Assembly (NCBI GenBank): GCA_034408725.1
Contig: JAWXCN010000129.1
Coordinates: 1-36,256, forward strand
Length of the DNA stretch: 36,256 bases
Source: Candidatus Hydrogenedentota bacterium
Lineage (GTDB): Bacteria > Hydrogenedentota > Hydrogenedentia > Hydrogenedentales > SLHB01
Direction: 5' to 3'
The translations under genes were made by a program, and so were the position numbers. The notes beneath the pieces are model-generated. The model was not told where the DNA came from. It did no database searches and was given only the letters and a program-made list of their open reading frames with translations. Shown here in pieces: positions 28,172 through 36,256 of this stretch. Position 1 is the first letter of the stretch, and the number at the start of each line of letters is the position of its first letter.

Positions 28172-31100
28172 ATGAGCGAGCGGTGCACACCCGCGCTGGA
28201 CGGCCGTAGCCGTGGTCCGCGCCAGATTGTCCATGAAGAGCGCGGGGCCGCGTTGATTATCGCGGTGGCGATCTTCGTCGTACTGCTGTTTATCGGCCTC
28301 ACGTTTTATTCGCAGGCCCGGCTCGAACTGCGCACCGCCACGAACAACCAGGACAGTTTCCGCACCGATATGATCAACAGCGCGGGCACGGCCATTGCCG
28401 TTGCCCAGCTTCGTCTCGACAAACGCCAACACCCGACCGCGACCTCGCTCGACCATGGGTGGAATACCTTGTTTAACGGCGCATGGCTCGCGGGAAAACC
28501 CTGGGCCTTCCGGCAGGACAGCCACGGCATCCGCGTGCTCGATCAGACCTGGACCAGTTGGGCGGGGATCGATCCGCGCAAGCGCGTGCCCTACATTGAC
28601 TACTGGGCCGACGTAAAGGTCCTCGAAGCCGAGCTCGCGCGCGTCACGTACAATTCACTCAATGGGGTGGATCTGGACGGCAACGGCGTCATTGAACCCG
28701 ACGAAGTCGATCAAGGTCTTGGCAGCGCGCTTGCCGCTATCAAGAACCCGCTTTGGGTGCCGCGCTACCAGTTTGACCCGAACGACCGCGACAACTCCGG
28801 CCTCGACCTGCTGCTCGACGCGGACTGGCAAGGGTCGATTGATTGGCCCGTGCAGTACGCCTACGATTTCTCGAACTATAACGTCGCGTTCAACACGCCG
28901 ACAGCCATTCCCAACGGCGACTACGATCCGTTTGACGCGGCATGGCCCGCGCGCGTCACTACGCCGCAACAGAAGATCAACGCTTTCGCCGATGTCGACA
29001 GCGACAACGACGGCCTGCGCGACGCAATGTGGCTGCCCATTGCCATTGAAATTTTCTTCGGCGGCATAGACCGCAACGCGGATGGCAGGGTTGGCGCGGG
29101 CTACATCGAGATCGACATCGACAACGACGGCGACGTTGACGTCGTGAACGAGGGCAGCGACGACGAAGGCGGCGACGGCATCGACAATGATCTCGATGGC
29201 ATCGTCGACGAGCAGGACGAAGTCGCGCTGTTTGTTTACTGGGGCGGCAACGACGGCAAAGACAACGATGGCGACCACGATCCCGACGGCCTGCGCAGCG
29301 ACGGCGTCGATAGCGATAACGATGGCGCGATTGACGAAGGCAACGGCGGGAACGAGGGCATCGACGAACCCGACGAACAGCGCGTCTTCCTTACCGCGCC
29401 GATCATAGCCGATTCTTACTGGGGCGGAAACGACGGCGCTGACAACAACGGTTCTGGCTCGGATAACATTGATAACGACGGCGATGGACTGGTGGACGAA
29501 GCCGGCGAGGGAATCGATGAACCAGACGAACAACGCATCTTCCTGACGGCTGACGACCGGATCGACAACGACGGCGACGTCGATTTTGACGATCCGGGCG
29601 AAAGCATTCCGTTGCTCAACGACTTCATCGTGCGCATCAACCTGCGGACGTTAAACGAGTTTATCGGCCCGTTCGCGGCGCAATTTACGTCCGACACGGA
29701 TACGCGATTGCAGGTGACGAATCCCGGCGACCCCTTCGGCGTCTCAGTCGACCGGCTCGACAACGATTTCACCCAGATCATCAACGACGTTCACGGCCAC
29801 GCGTACTACGCGCCCGACGTGCCGGAATTGGTTGATCCGGGCGATCCCACTTCCGGCATCAGCCTTCCCTGGCTCAATTTCCTTGCCGCCGGCCAGCAGA
29901 ACCGCGCGCGCTCGTATAGCACCATCCACACGGGTTTCTATCCGGTTTCGGGCGCGATTGGAAGTATCCCCGGCCTTGCGCCCGTGCTCACGGCATCTGG
30001 CGAATCCGTCTGCGAAATTGCCGGGCGCGTCGCGATCCACATCGTTGATGAAGCTTCCAAAGTGAATCTGAACAACGCTGGCGCAATTGCGACCGTCGTT
30101 CCGCAGGAAAATCCGGGCGCGTCCGCCACCGACGGCTTTATTTACAGCCAACACCGCGACCAGTTCACCTTCGCGCGCAACGAAGGCAGCGGTTCGGGCG
30201 AATACGAAACGCGCGTGCTCCCGATCATCGGCATCGAGCGCGCGCTCGACATCGCCATGACCCGCGACGGCGAACACAAAGGTCCTGACGCCGGCAGTGG
30301 CAAGCCGCAGAATTTCCCGCTGCTCAATCCGCTCGATGACAACGACAGCGACGATGACGGGACGATTGACAACCCCGCCGAAGCCGGTTACGCCTATGAC
30401 CTTTACTTCCCCGGATTTGGCCGCGCGGACGACAACGCCAACGCGCTGCAACTGCAATTTGACGGCCTCGATAACGACGGCGACGGCATGTACTACGTCT
30501 ACGACGGGGTTGATAACGACGGCGATACCTTTACCGACGAACCAGACGAAGCCAGTTTCGGAATCGACGAACCCTTCGAGGGGATCGACGAACCCGCGGA
30601 ACTTCAGTCGTTCCGGCCGCTGCGCCACCGCATCGCAGAACTCGATGGCGTGGACAACGACGGTGACGGCGCGATCGACGAAATTGGCGAACTCGGCGAC
30701 CGCCTGTACCACACCGGCGACGAAATGCAGGGCGCGCTCGCGCTTGCGTCGAACCAGACCGGCGTCGGTTTCGTGGCCCCCCTGCGCAGTATCGTCACGG
30801 TGCAATCCACCGATCCGAATGCACGCTACCAGCGCTACGTCCGCGACGGGAACGGCGATTTTGCGCGCAACATTCCGCCGGACACCGCGCCCGTCACCGG
30901 CATGAAACTTGACCTTAACTATGCGCTGGCCAGCAGCATCGCGCCCGCGCTGCGCGAAGACTGGTCGTATCCCGCGACCAACGAACTGCTGCTGACGGAA
31001 GCGTTCTATCCACCGGACCTTGGCAACGCCGCGCTCAGCGGAAACCCGTACCTGATCGCGACGTCCAACGCCGCGAGCTTTGCGACCAACGAGGACGATT

Positions 31101-34100
31101 ACGAAGCACAGTTTGTGCTTGAAGCCGCTTACGTCGCGGGCCTGCGCCACGAATCTGTCACGCGCGTGGATACGCCTATTGGCGTGTTCGACGCGCGTCA
31201 CACCAATTTCACGAACCCGAATCCGCCCGGCAAGTATCTCGAAGCCGACGCCGGCCTCCGCGCATACCAGCTCGCGCTGAACATCACCGATGCGCGCGAT
31301 ACTGATCGCGTCCGGAACACGGAGACGTACAGACAGGGCGACGACTGGTGGAGCGCGTTGGTGCGCGATCCCGCGCTTCCGATTACGGTTCCAACGCCAA
31401 TTGTCCGCGAAATCACCTATGAATTCGCCGGCGCGGAAAGCATCCGCATCAACGAACTCATGGTCCGCGCCGTGCGCCGTGTCGAAGCGGAATCGAATTA
31501 CGAGAACACTACCCACCCGGAAAACAACACAGAATTAATGAGCGACGGTGTTGCGCTGGACTTCGATGTTGTCTCGGATACGAATTCACTCAGCACGACT
31601 GATCCAACCCAAGGTTGGGTGTTGTTCCCGGAAACAGTTCCCGTGGGACCCGGCATAACATCGGGTTTCATCACCGAAACCGCCGCAGTGGACACGGAAG
31701 AGAATGTGCTTCAATTCCTGATCGGTCCGAGCGCGCAATTGCCGCCGGGCCGCTACTACCTCATGGTCAATACCATCGGAGAAGATGGCCTGCCCAGTGT
31801 CGAAGACGCGACGGACATTGAATACCGCGTCAAATATGTCCGCACGGTAGCCGGAGAACCGGACATCCTCGCCGATCTGGCAACATTGGATCCGTTCGGT
31901 GCGAACTTGATTGCAACGACTGTTCAAGCCGATCCCGCGATCGGTTCCAGGAATGGCGCGAACGCGTTCCCCGCGACCGTTGGCGATGAAAGTGGTTTGG
32001 TGTTTCTTCCCACCGTGGATTTGCGCGTCGATCCTGCAACATTGCCTCTTGGCGCGGCGGCCTACGCAGGCATACCCGATGAAGCAGGACTTCAAAACGA
32101 GGCGTTCACGGTAATCATACCGCCCTACGCCGCGACGACTACCGAGCAATACTATCTTTGCGTGGCGATTTCAGCGAATGCATCCGCGCTCGATCCGATT
32201 GCGATCAATTTTCTTGATTTCAGCCAGGAACCCGACCACGAATGGATCGAAATCGTCAACGTCTCCGAATCGCGAAGCGCTATCGATCTTAGCGGGTGGC
32301 TGCTTGAAGTGGGTGGCGGCACAAGCGATCTGAGCAATACGATCTTTACGATTCCCAATGGCACGTCCATTGCCCCGAACGGATCGCTGCTGCTTACGGC
32401 AAACAAGTACGACCAAAATACGGTGTTCTTCGCGGACAACGCGGATGCCACGGCGCTCTTCTCCAAAAACGGCATCAGCATGACCAACGTGCCTCTTGAT
32501 CCGATTGCAAATCCCACCGTGATCGGGGCGGGAACCTCGGAAGCGCCGATTCCCCGATATGCCGCGCGAGGCGAGGCGGGTTTTGCAAGCACCATCGGAC
32601 TAGGCACCAATACGTGGACCGGCCAGTGGGGCGTACCTGTTGGATCGGCAGCGGGCGCCGAAAGCATTTTCCAGCGCGCAACTACGGCCGTGGATTTCGT
32701 GGATCGGGACGGCGACGGAGCAGCGGAAGTTGGCACGGTCGAAGACGCGGTGGTCTCGACTTTTGAAGGCGCTACTCCCGCGGGAGACAAGCCGTGGGAC
32801 CGCATCGTTCAACTGATACCGCCCTTGGCGCATCCGCTTAACCTGCGCAATTCCGCGTTACCGCTTCCCGGTACGACCGCGGGAGATCGGTTGGACGTTG
32901 TCGCCGAGATGGTGTTGCGCGGCGGAATCCTTCCCAATAATCCCGATTTCGATCTCGTGGACAACGACAACGACAACGCCGAGCTCATGCGCGATTCCGT
33001 GGATAACAATGGCAATCGCAATATGTATGTGTTCGACGGCCTCGACAATGATGGCGATGGTACGACCGACGACGCCGACGAATGGAATTGGGTAGACAAT
33101 GATGGTATCGACAATGAACCTGACGGCCTCACAGATGAAGGCTCGGACGGCATCGACAACGATGGCGATTCTCTGATCGACGAACTTGATGAACTCGAGT
33201 TAATAGACGAGCTTGATGAAGGCGTCGATGAAGGCAATCCCTTCAGCGCATTGGGTGTGCCCAAGCCGGGCAGCTTTGACCGATTCAGCCCAGTTTTTGT
33301 CAACGCGACAGAGCCGGGCTACGTGCGCGGCGTTGCGTCGTATCCAGAATGGAAGAATTTTGTCGAGCGCCGCTTCTATCCCGGCGACAATGTCCGCGTG
33401 ACGTTGTACCGCGGGTTCCCGGAAGAGGCGTATGCGGTTGATCGCGTGACGTACAACCAGAACGACGTCGAGAACCGCGCGCCGGACGACGTGCGCCGCC
33501 TCGACGAAGTGATCACGACCGCTCCTCCGGACTATCTCACCCGGTTCCGCATGCTGGATGGAAACACCGGCGGCGCGATTTCACGCGCGTGGCCCGAGAA
33601 CACGATGGGCCTGGACTTTTATCGTTCGCTCGAACGGAAGCATCCGCTTTATGCCGGCGACCGTTTTGGCCTTGCGAACCGGTGGACCGCCACCGACGGC
33701 AATTACGACGATTGGGGCCACGGCACGAACCGCTGGTTCTTTGACAATGTAACCGCCGGCTCGTCGAGCATGCTCAGCGAGCTGCAATTCGACGACGTTA
33801 TCAACGGGACCACGGTGGCGGTGTCTGGCGCGCTGTACTTTGGCCACGGTCTAAGCGGATCGCCGTTGCGCGCAAACTATTTCCAGCGCGTGCTCGAAGA
33901 CCCGCGCCTGCAACATCCGTCCGGGCCGGACCAGCCATTGCGCCTCGTGTCCAACGACGCGCCAGTAACGGAAGACCCGCTCGTCGGCGACAACACCACG
34001 CTGCTTTCCCGCGCCCGCGTGCGCGACGCGAATTTCCGGTCGCCGGGAGATCTGATGACCGTGCCGCACCTCACGCTAACGCGATCGTACCAGCTTGGCA

Positions 34101-35917
34101 ACTACGATCTGTTGGGCCGCGAAGCGTTGCAAGGGTCGAGCGTGTTGCCCGAAGACTTCATCGATGGCGGGACGCCGTCCTACGTCAAGGGCGCGTCCAT
34201 CGGCACGGACTATCCCGAGGATCTCCGCGCGCTGCTCGATATCGCGTCGCAAGACTCGATCTCGCTCAACGTCGGCCAGGCGAATTTTTACCCGTTGTAC
34301 CCCTACGTCCAGCACCTTACCGCCGACAACACGCTCGTGGAATGGGAAGCGTCGTCCAACGATTTCCGCGGGCCACGTGCTTGGTCGCCCGTGTTTTTGA
34401 CTTCCCTTGATCCAAACGGCAGCGAACCCGAAAGCGCGGACTTCACCGGCACGCAGACGATCACGATTTCGCAGACGGGCACGCCGCAGTTCCCGCACTT
34501 GCAACTGCCGGATGGCACGCCGATCGCGAATTATCCGATGCAGATGGCGTTCATTTATCGCAATACCGATCTCAGCCGCGTGCCGCCCTTTGGCAACACG
34601 CAGTGGCTGCTTCAGGAAAACGCCACCGGCACCAGCGACGCCTCCGTGCGCTGGCCGCTTGAACGCCGCGCGATGATGTACGTGTCGTCCAACCCCGACG
34701 GGTTTGATCCGAACCTTGTCTCGCATCAGCAATTACCGCCGGTGGGGATTAACGATATTCATCCCTCCGAAGCGCTCTTCGTATGGGACGGCGCGGACGG
34801 TCTGCCGAACGGCGAGTACGACGTCTATGTCGTGACGATGCCCGACACGTCGAACCTGATCGAATCCACGCGCCGGTTCGACGCAAACCGCGAAGACTGG
34901 TTGCCCGAAGCGCTCGAACGCGCGCGACGTCAATTGCCCATCGACATCATGTTCCTCACGGACAAGGACGGCGACCGGAAAGTCTGGATGGATCAGCCAG
35001 GCAACGCGCAGGCCGGGTTGCCCGACACCGTCGAGCTTGGGTTCAACTCACAGGATGCGGCTATCCCGCGCGAGAAGTATCCGCTCAAGGCGGGGCTTGA
35101 ACCTTCCTCCGACGGCATCGTGCATTACGGCGTCGTCAAAGTGGAGAACAACTACCTCGCGATGTTCGCGCGCAACTGGGCGGTGCCCGGCGTATCCAAC
35201 GTGAACGCCGTGTCCCGCGTCGTGCTCATGACGCGCGACCGTACGCCGGGCCGGATCAATGTGAACACCGCGATCACGCAACCGATTGCCGAAAATACAA
35301 CGGTGACGCCGGACTTTCACGCGTTCAATCCGATGGCCGGACTCATCGGCATGATGGCGGAATACGCGCCGGGAGCGCTGGACACCGGCACGTTCATCCC
35401 CACCCCGTGGGGCGACGCCGATAATATTGGCACCGGACCGCCGTACACATTCGTGCTCGGCCAGTGGTACGCGCGCGCGATGCAGCGCTCCAACCAACTC
35501 GTGCTCAGCCGCGGCCAACGTTTCGTTGACTACAACAACAACGGCGTTATCGACACGCTCGATCCCCAGGTGCGCTACGACGGCCGCTACCTGCTTTCGG
35601 CGGGCGAACTCGTAGTCAGCGGCGACGAGTCCGCGTTCGAGTCACGGCCCCTTGTGACCCTGCCCGACATTTTGCTCCAGTACGACGTGGGTGTGGTCAC
35701 TCCGAACGGCAAGGCGCAGGCCTTCGACGAGTTGAAAGAGCGTTACGCCCGCATGGCGAACAACGTCACTACGGTGTCCGACACCTTCGAGATATTCGTC
35801 ACCGCGCAAAGCGGCAGCGCGTTCGACGCGAACCGCGACGGAATTATCAATTGGCGCGACGACAGCGAGTTCCTGGTCACCGGCGAAAAACGTTCCCGCA
35901 CGGTGTATGAACGGTAG
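28172..35917 (+). CDS. Giant (~2581 aa) PilX/GspK-like pilin with acidic Ca-binding-type repeats and lamin-tail-like motifs
   Basis: RBS AAGGA 28161-28165 before ATG 28172; EERG|AALIIAVAIFVVLLFIGLTF (no Glu5); GspK-like motifs IVDEASKVNLNNA, GRINVNTA, TTVSDTFEI; EWIEIVN..IDLSGW..IAPNGSLLL; 20+ DxDxDG-type loops. Confidence 0.85.
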   Translation: MSERCTPALDGRSRGPRQIVHEERGAALIIAVAIFVVLLFIGLTFYSQARLELRTATNNQDSFRTDMINSAGTAIAVAQLRLDKRQHPTATSLDHGWNTLFNGAWLAGKPWAFRQDSHGIRVLDQTWTSWAGIDPRKRVPYIDYWADVKVLEAELARVTYNSLNGVDLDGNGVIEPDEVDQGLGSALAAIKNPLWVPRYQFDPNDRDNSGLDLLLDADWQGSIDWPVQYAYDFSNYNVAFNTPTAIPNGDYDPFDAAWPARVTTPQQKINAFADVDSDNDGLRDAMWLPIAIEIFFGGIDRNADGRVGAGYIEIDIDNDGDVDVVNEGSDDEGGDGIDNDLDGIVDEQDEVALFVYWGGNDGKDNDGDHDPDGLRSDGVDSDNDGAIDEGNGGNEGIDEPDEQRVFLTAPIIADSYWGGNDGADNNGSGSDNIDNDGDGLVDEAGEGIDEPDEQRIFLTADDRIDNDGDVDFDDPGESIPLLNDFIVRINLRTLNEFIGPFAAQFTSDTDTRLQVTNPGDPFGVSVDRLDNDFTQIINDVHGHAYYAPDVPELVDPGDPTSGISLPWLNFLAAGQQNRARSYSTIHTGFYPVSGAIGSIPGLAPVLTASGESVCEIAGRVAIHIVDEASKVNLNNAGAIATVVPQENPGASATDGFIYSQHRDQFTFARNEGSGSGEYETRVLPIIGIERALDIAMTRDGEHKGPDAGSGKPQNFPLLNPLDDNDSDDDGTIDNPAEAGYAYDLYFPGFGRADDNANALQLQFDGLDNDGDGMYYVYDGVDNDGDTFTDEPDEASFGIDEPFEGIDEPAELQSFRPLRHRIAELDGVDNDGDGAIDEIGELGDRLYHTGDEMQGALALASNQTGVGFVAPLRSIVTVQSTDPNARYQRYVRDGNGDFARNIPPDTAPVTGMKLDLNYALASSIAPALREDWSYPATNELLLTEAFYPPDLGNAALSGNPYLIATSNAASFATNEDDYEAQFVLEAAYVAGLRHESVTRVDTPIGVFDARHTNFTNPNPPGKYLEADAGLRAYQLALNITDARDTDRVRNTETYRQGDDWWSALVRDPALPITVPTPIVREITYEFAGAESIRINELMVRAVRRVEAESNYENTTHPENNTELMSDGVALDFDVVSDTNSLSTTDPTQGWVLFPETVPVGPGITSGFITETAAVDTEENVLQFLIGPSAQLPPGRYYLMVNTIGEDGLPSVEDATDIEYRVKYVRTVAGEPDILADLATLDPFGANLIATTVQADPAIGSRNGANAFPATVGDESGLVFLPTVDLRVDPATLPLGAAAYAGIPDEAGLQNEAFTVIIPPYAATTTEQYYLCVAISANASALDPIAINFLDFSQEPDHEWIEIVNVSESRSAIDLSGWLLEVGGGTSDLSNTIFTIPNGTSIAPNGSLLLTANKYDQNTVFFADNADATALFSKNGISMTNVPLDPIANPTVIGAGTSEAPIPRYAARGEAGFASTIGLGTNTWTGQWGVPVGSAAGAESIFQRATTAVDFVDRDGDGAAEVGTVEDAVVSTFEGATPAGDKPWDRIVQLIPPLAHPLNLRNSALPLPGTTAGDRLDVVAEMVLRGGILPNNPDFDLVDNDNDNAELMRDSVDNNGNRNMYVFDGLDNDGDGTTDDADEWNWVDNDGIDNEPDGLTDEGSDGIDNDGDSLIDELDELELIDELDEGVDEGNPFSALGVPKPGSFDRFSPVFVNATEPGYVRGVASYPEWKNFVERRFYPGDNVRVTLYRGFPEEAYAVDRVTYNQNDVENRAPDDVRRLDEVITTAPPDYLTRFRMLDGNTGGAISRAWPENTMGLDFYRSLERKHPLYAGDRFGLANRWTATDGNYDDWGHGTNRWFFDNVTAGSSSMLSELQFDDVINGTTVAVSGALYFGHGLSGSPLRANYFQRVLEDPRLQHPSGPDQPLRLVSNDAPVTEDPLVGDNTTLLSRARVRDANFRSPGDLMTVPHLTLTRSYQLGNYDLLGREALQGSSVLPEDFIDGGTPSYVKGASIGTDYPEDLRALLDIASQDSISLNVGQANFYPLYPYVQHLTADNTLVEWEASSNDFRGPRAWSPVFLTSLDPNGSEPESADFTGTQTITISQTGTPQFPHLQLPDGTPIANYPMQMAFIYRNTDLSRVPPFGNTQWLLQENATGTSDASVRWPLERRAMMYVSSNPDGFDPNLVSHQQLPPVGINDIHPSEALFVWDGADGLPNGEYDVYVVTMPDTSNLIESTRRFDANREDWLPEALERARRQLPIDIMFLTDKDGDRKVWMDQPGNAQAGLPDTVELGFNSQDAAIPREKYPLKAGLEPSSDGIVHYGVVKVENNYLAMFARNWAVPGVSNVNAVSRVVLMTRDRTPGRINVNTAITQPIAENTTVTPDFHAFNPMAGLIGMMAEYAPGALDTGTFIPTPWGDADNIGTGPPYTFVLGQWYARAMQRSNQLVLSRGQRFVDYNNNGVIDTLDPQVRYDGRYLLSAGELVVSGDESAFESRPLVTLPDILLQYDVGVVTPNGKAQAFDELKERYARMANNVTTVSDTFEIFVTAQSGSAFDANRDGIINWRDDSEFLVTGEKRSRTVYER
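29237..29551 (+). repeat. Intragenic tandem duplication (180-nt offset) within the giant pilin
   Basis: YWGGNDG(K/A)DN...EGIDEPDEQR(V/I)FLTA at 29237-29398 and 29417-29551. Confidence 0.8.
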
Positions 35918-35923
35918 AAAGAG

Positions 35924-36055
35924 TTTGTCCACAGATTGCACAGATGAAAACAGATTTTTAAGACGAAGAACACAATTGAATTGAAGATGATGAATTTTTC
36001 CGCGGATTACTTTTCTTCTTAAAATCTGCGTTCATCTGCGTAGTCTGCGGACAAA
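35924..36055. repeat. AT-rich element with ~40-bp imperfect terminal inverted repeats built from CAGA(T) units
   Basis: TTTGTCCACAGATTGCACAGATGAAAACAGATTTTTAAGA (35924-35963) versus the reverse complement of 36017-36055, TTTGTCCGCAGACTACGCAGATGAACGCAGATTTTAAGA. Confidence 0.8.
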
Positions 36056-36109
36056 ATGAATTGGATTTTGTGTTAATGGTCCGCAGTTTGACTGAGGAGT
36101 TTGTTGGTA

Positions 36110-36256
36110 ATGCGCCCACTCTATAAAACGGCCTTCCTGTTCGCGGTGGCTATTACCCTTGCTGGTTTCGCCTCCGCGCAGGAGCGGTTTGTTGCGTGTC
36201 TTGGCGGAGCGAACTGCCCCGCTGGCGACGGCAACTCTCCCTATACGAATTTACAG
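36110..36256 (+). CDS. Secreted protein, N-terminus only (3'-truncated)
   Basis: Not in the ORF track. RBS GAGGAG 36094-36099; MRPLYKTAFLFAVAITLAGFASA|QERFVACLGGANCPAGDGNSPYTNLQ. Clear Sec signal peptide; GDG..PYTNLQ resembles the start of beta-helix proteins (weak). Confidence 0.65.
   Translation, partial: MRPLYKTAFLFAVAITLAGFASAQERFVACLGGANCPAGDGNSPYTNLQ

Noticed and set aside
28991-33232. GACAACGACGGCGAC-type nucleotide repeats as a CRISPR array or DGR template/variable repeat
   Set aside because: They are in-frame coding repeats with synonymous variation and irregular spacing; there is no cas or reverse transcriptase gene and no adenine-specific mismatch pattern was seen.
28172-35917. 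Giant ORF as PilY1, RTX toxin, autotransporter or intein-containing protein
   Set aside because: It has a prepilin-type N-terminus and GspK-like motifs; no GGxGxDxL nonapeptides, C-terminal beta-barrel, PilY1 propeller or intein splice motifs were recognised.
83-35973. Numerous minus-strand and alternate-frame ORFs, including 590 aa at 29744-31516 and 384 aa at 18748-19902
   Set aside because: They overlap well-supported + strand genes, have no recognisable motifs, and are the expected antisense shadows of GC-rich coding DNA.
1-36256. tRNA, rRNA, integrase, transposase or prophage genes
   Set aside because: None recognisable; nearly all sequence is accounted for by the listed CDSs.

Overview
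GC-rich bacterial window; all supported genes are on the + strand. (1) Two predicted cell-surface protein genes: a 5'-truncated IPT/TIG protein ending in a CFI-box-CTERM-type sorting domain, and a ~797-aa protein in which a catalytically dead matrixin-like domain is followed by an INTERNAL CFI-box-like anchor, a second signal peptide and a separate exported domain. (2) A contiguous type II secretion operon gspC-D-E-F-G-H-I-J-K-L-M (5082-17771; no gspN or gspO in the window). (3) A 400-bp intergenic region with a candidate rod-shaped RNA, tandem sigma70-like promoters and a repeated 10-mer. (4) A type IV pilus-like operon: pilB (with a Ser/Met-rich insert), pilT, a second pilB, pilC, a GspG-like major pilin candidate, three minor pilins, and a giant (~2580-aa) PilX/GspK-scaffold pilin carrying 20+ acidic DGxDNDGDG-type repeats and a lamin-tail-like domain split by large insertions. 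No pilM/N/O/P/Q/D lies in the window. (5) A ~130-bp AT-rich inverted-repeat element, then the start of another secreted protein. Taxonomy cannot be established from the sequence. The best candidates for undescribed biology are the giant-tip-pilin filament system and the internally anchored two-product surface protein. All domain calls are from motif recognition by eye; no database searches were run.
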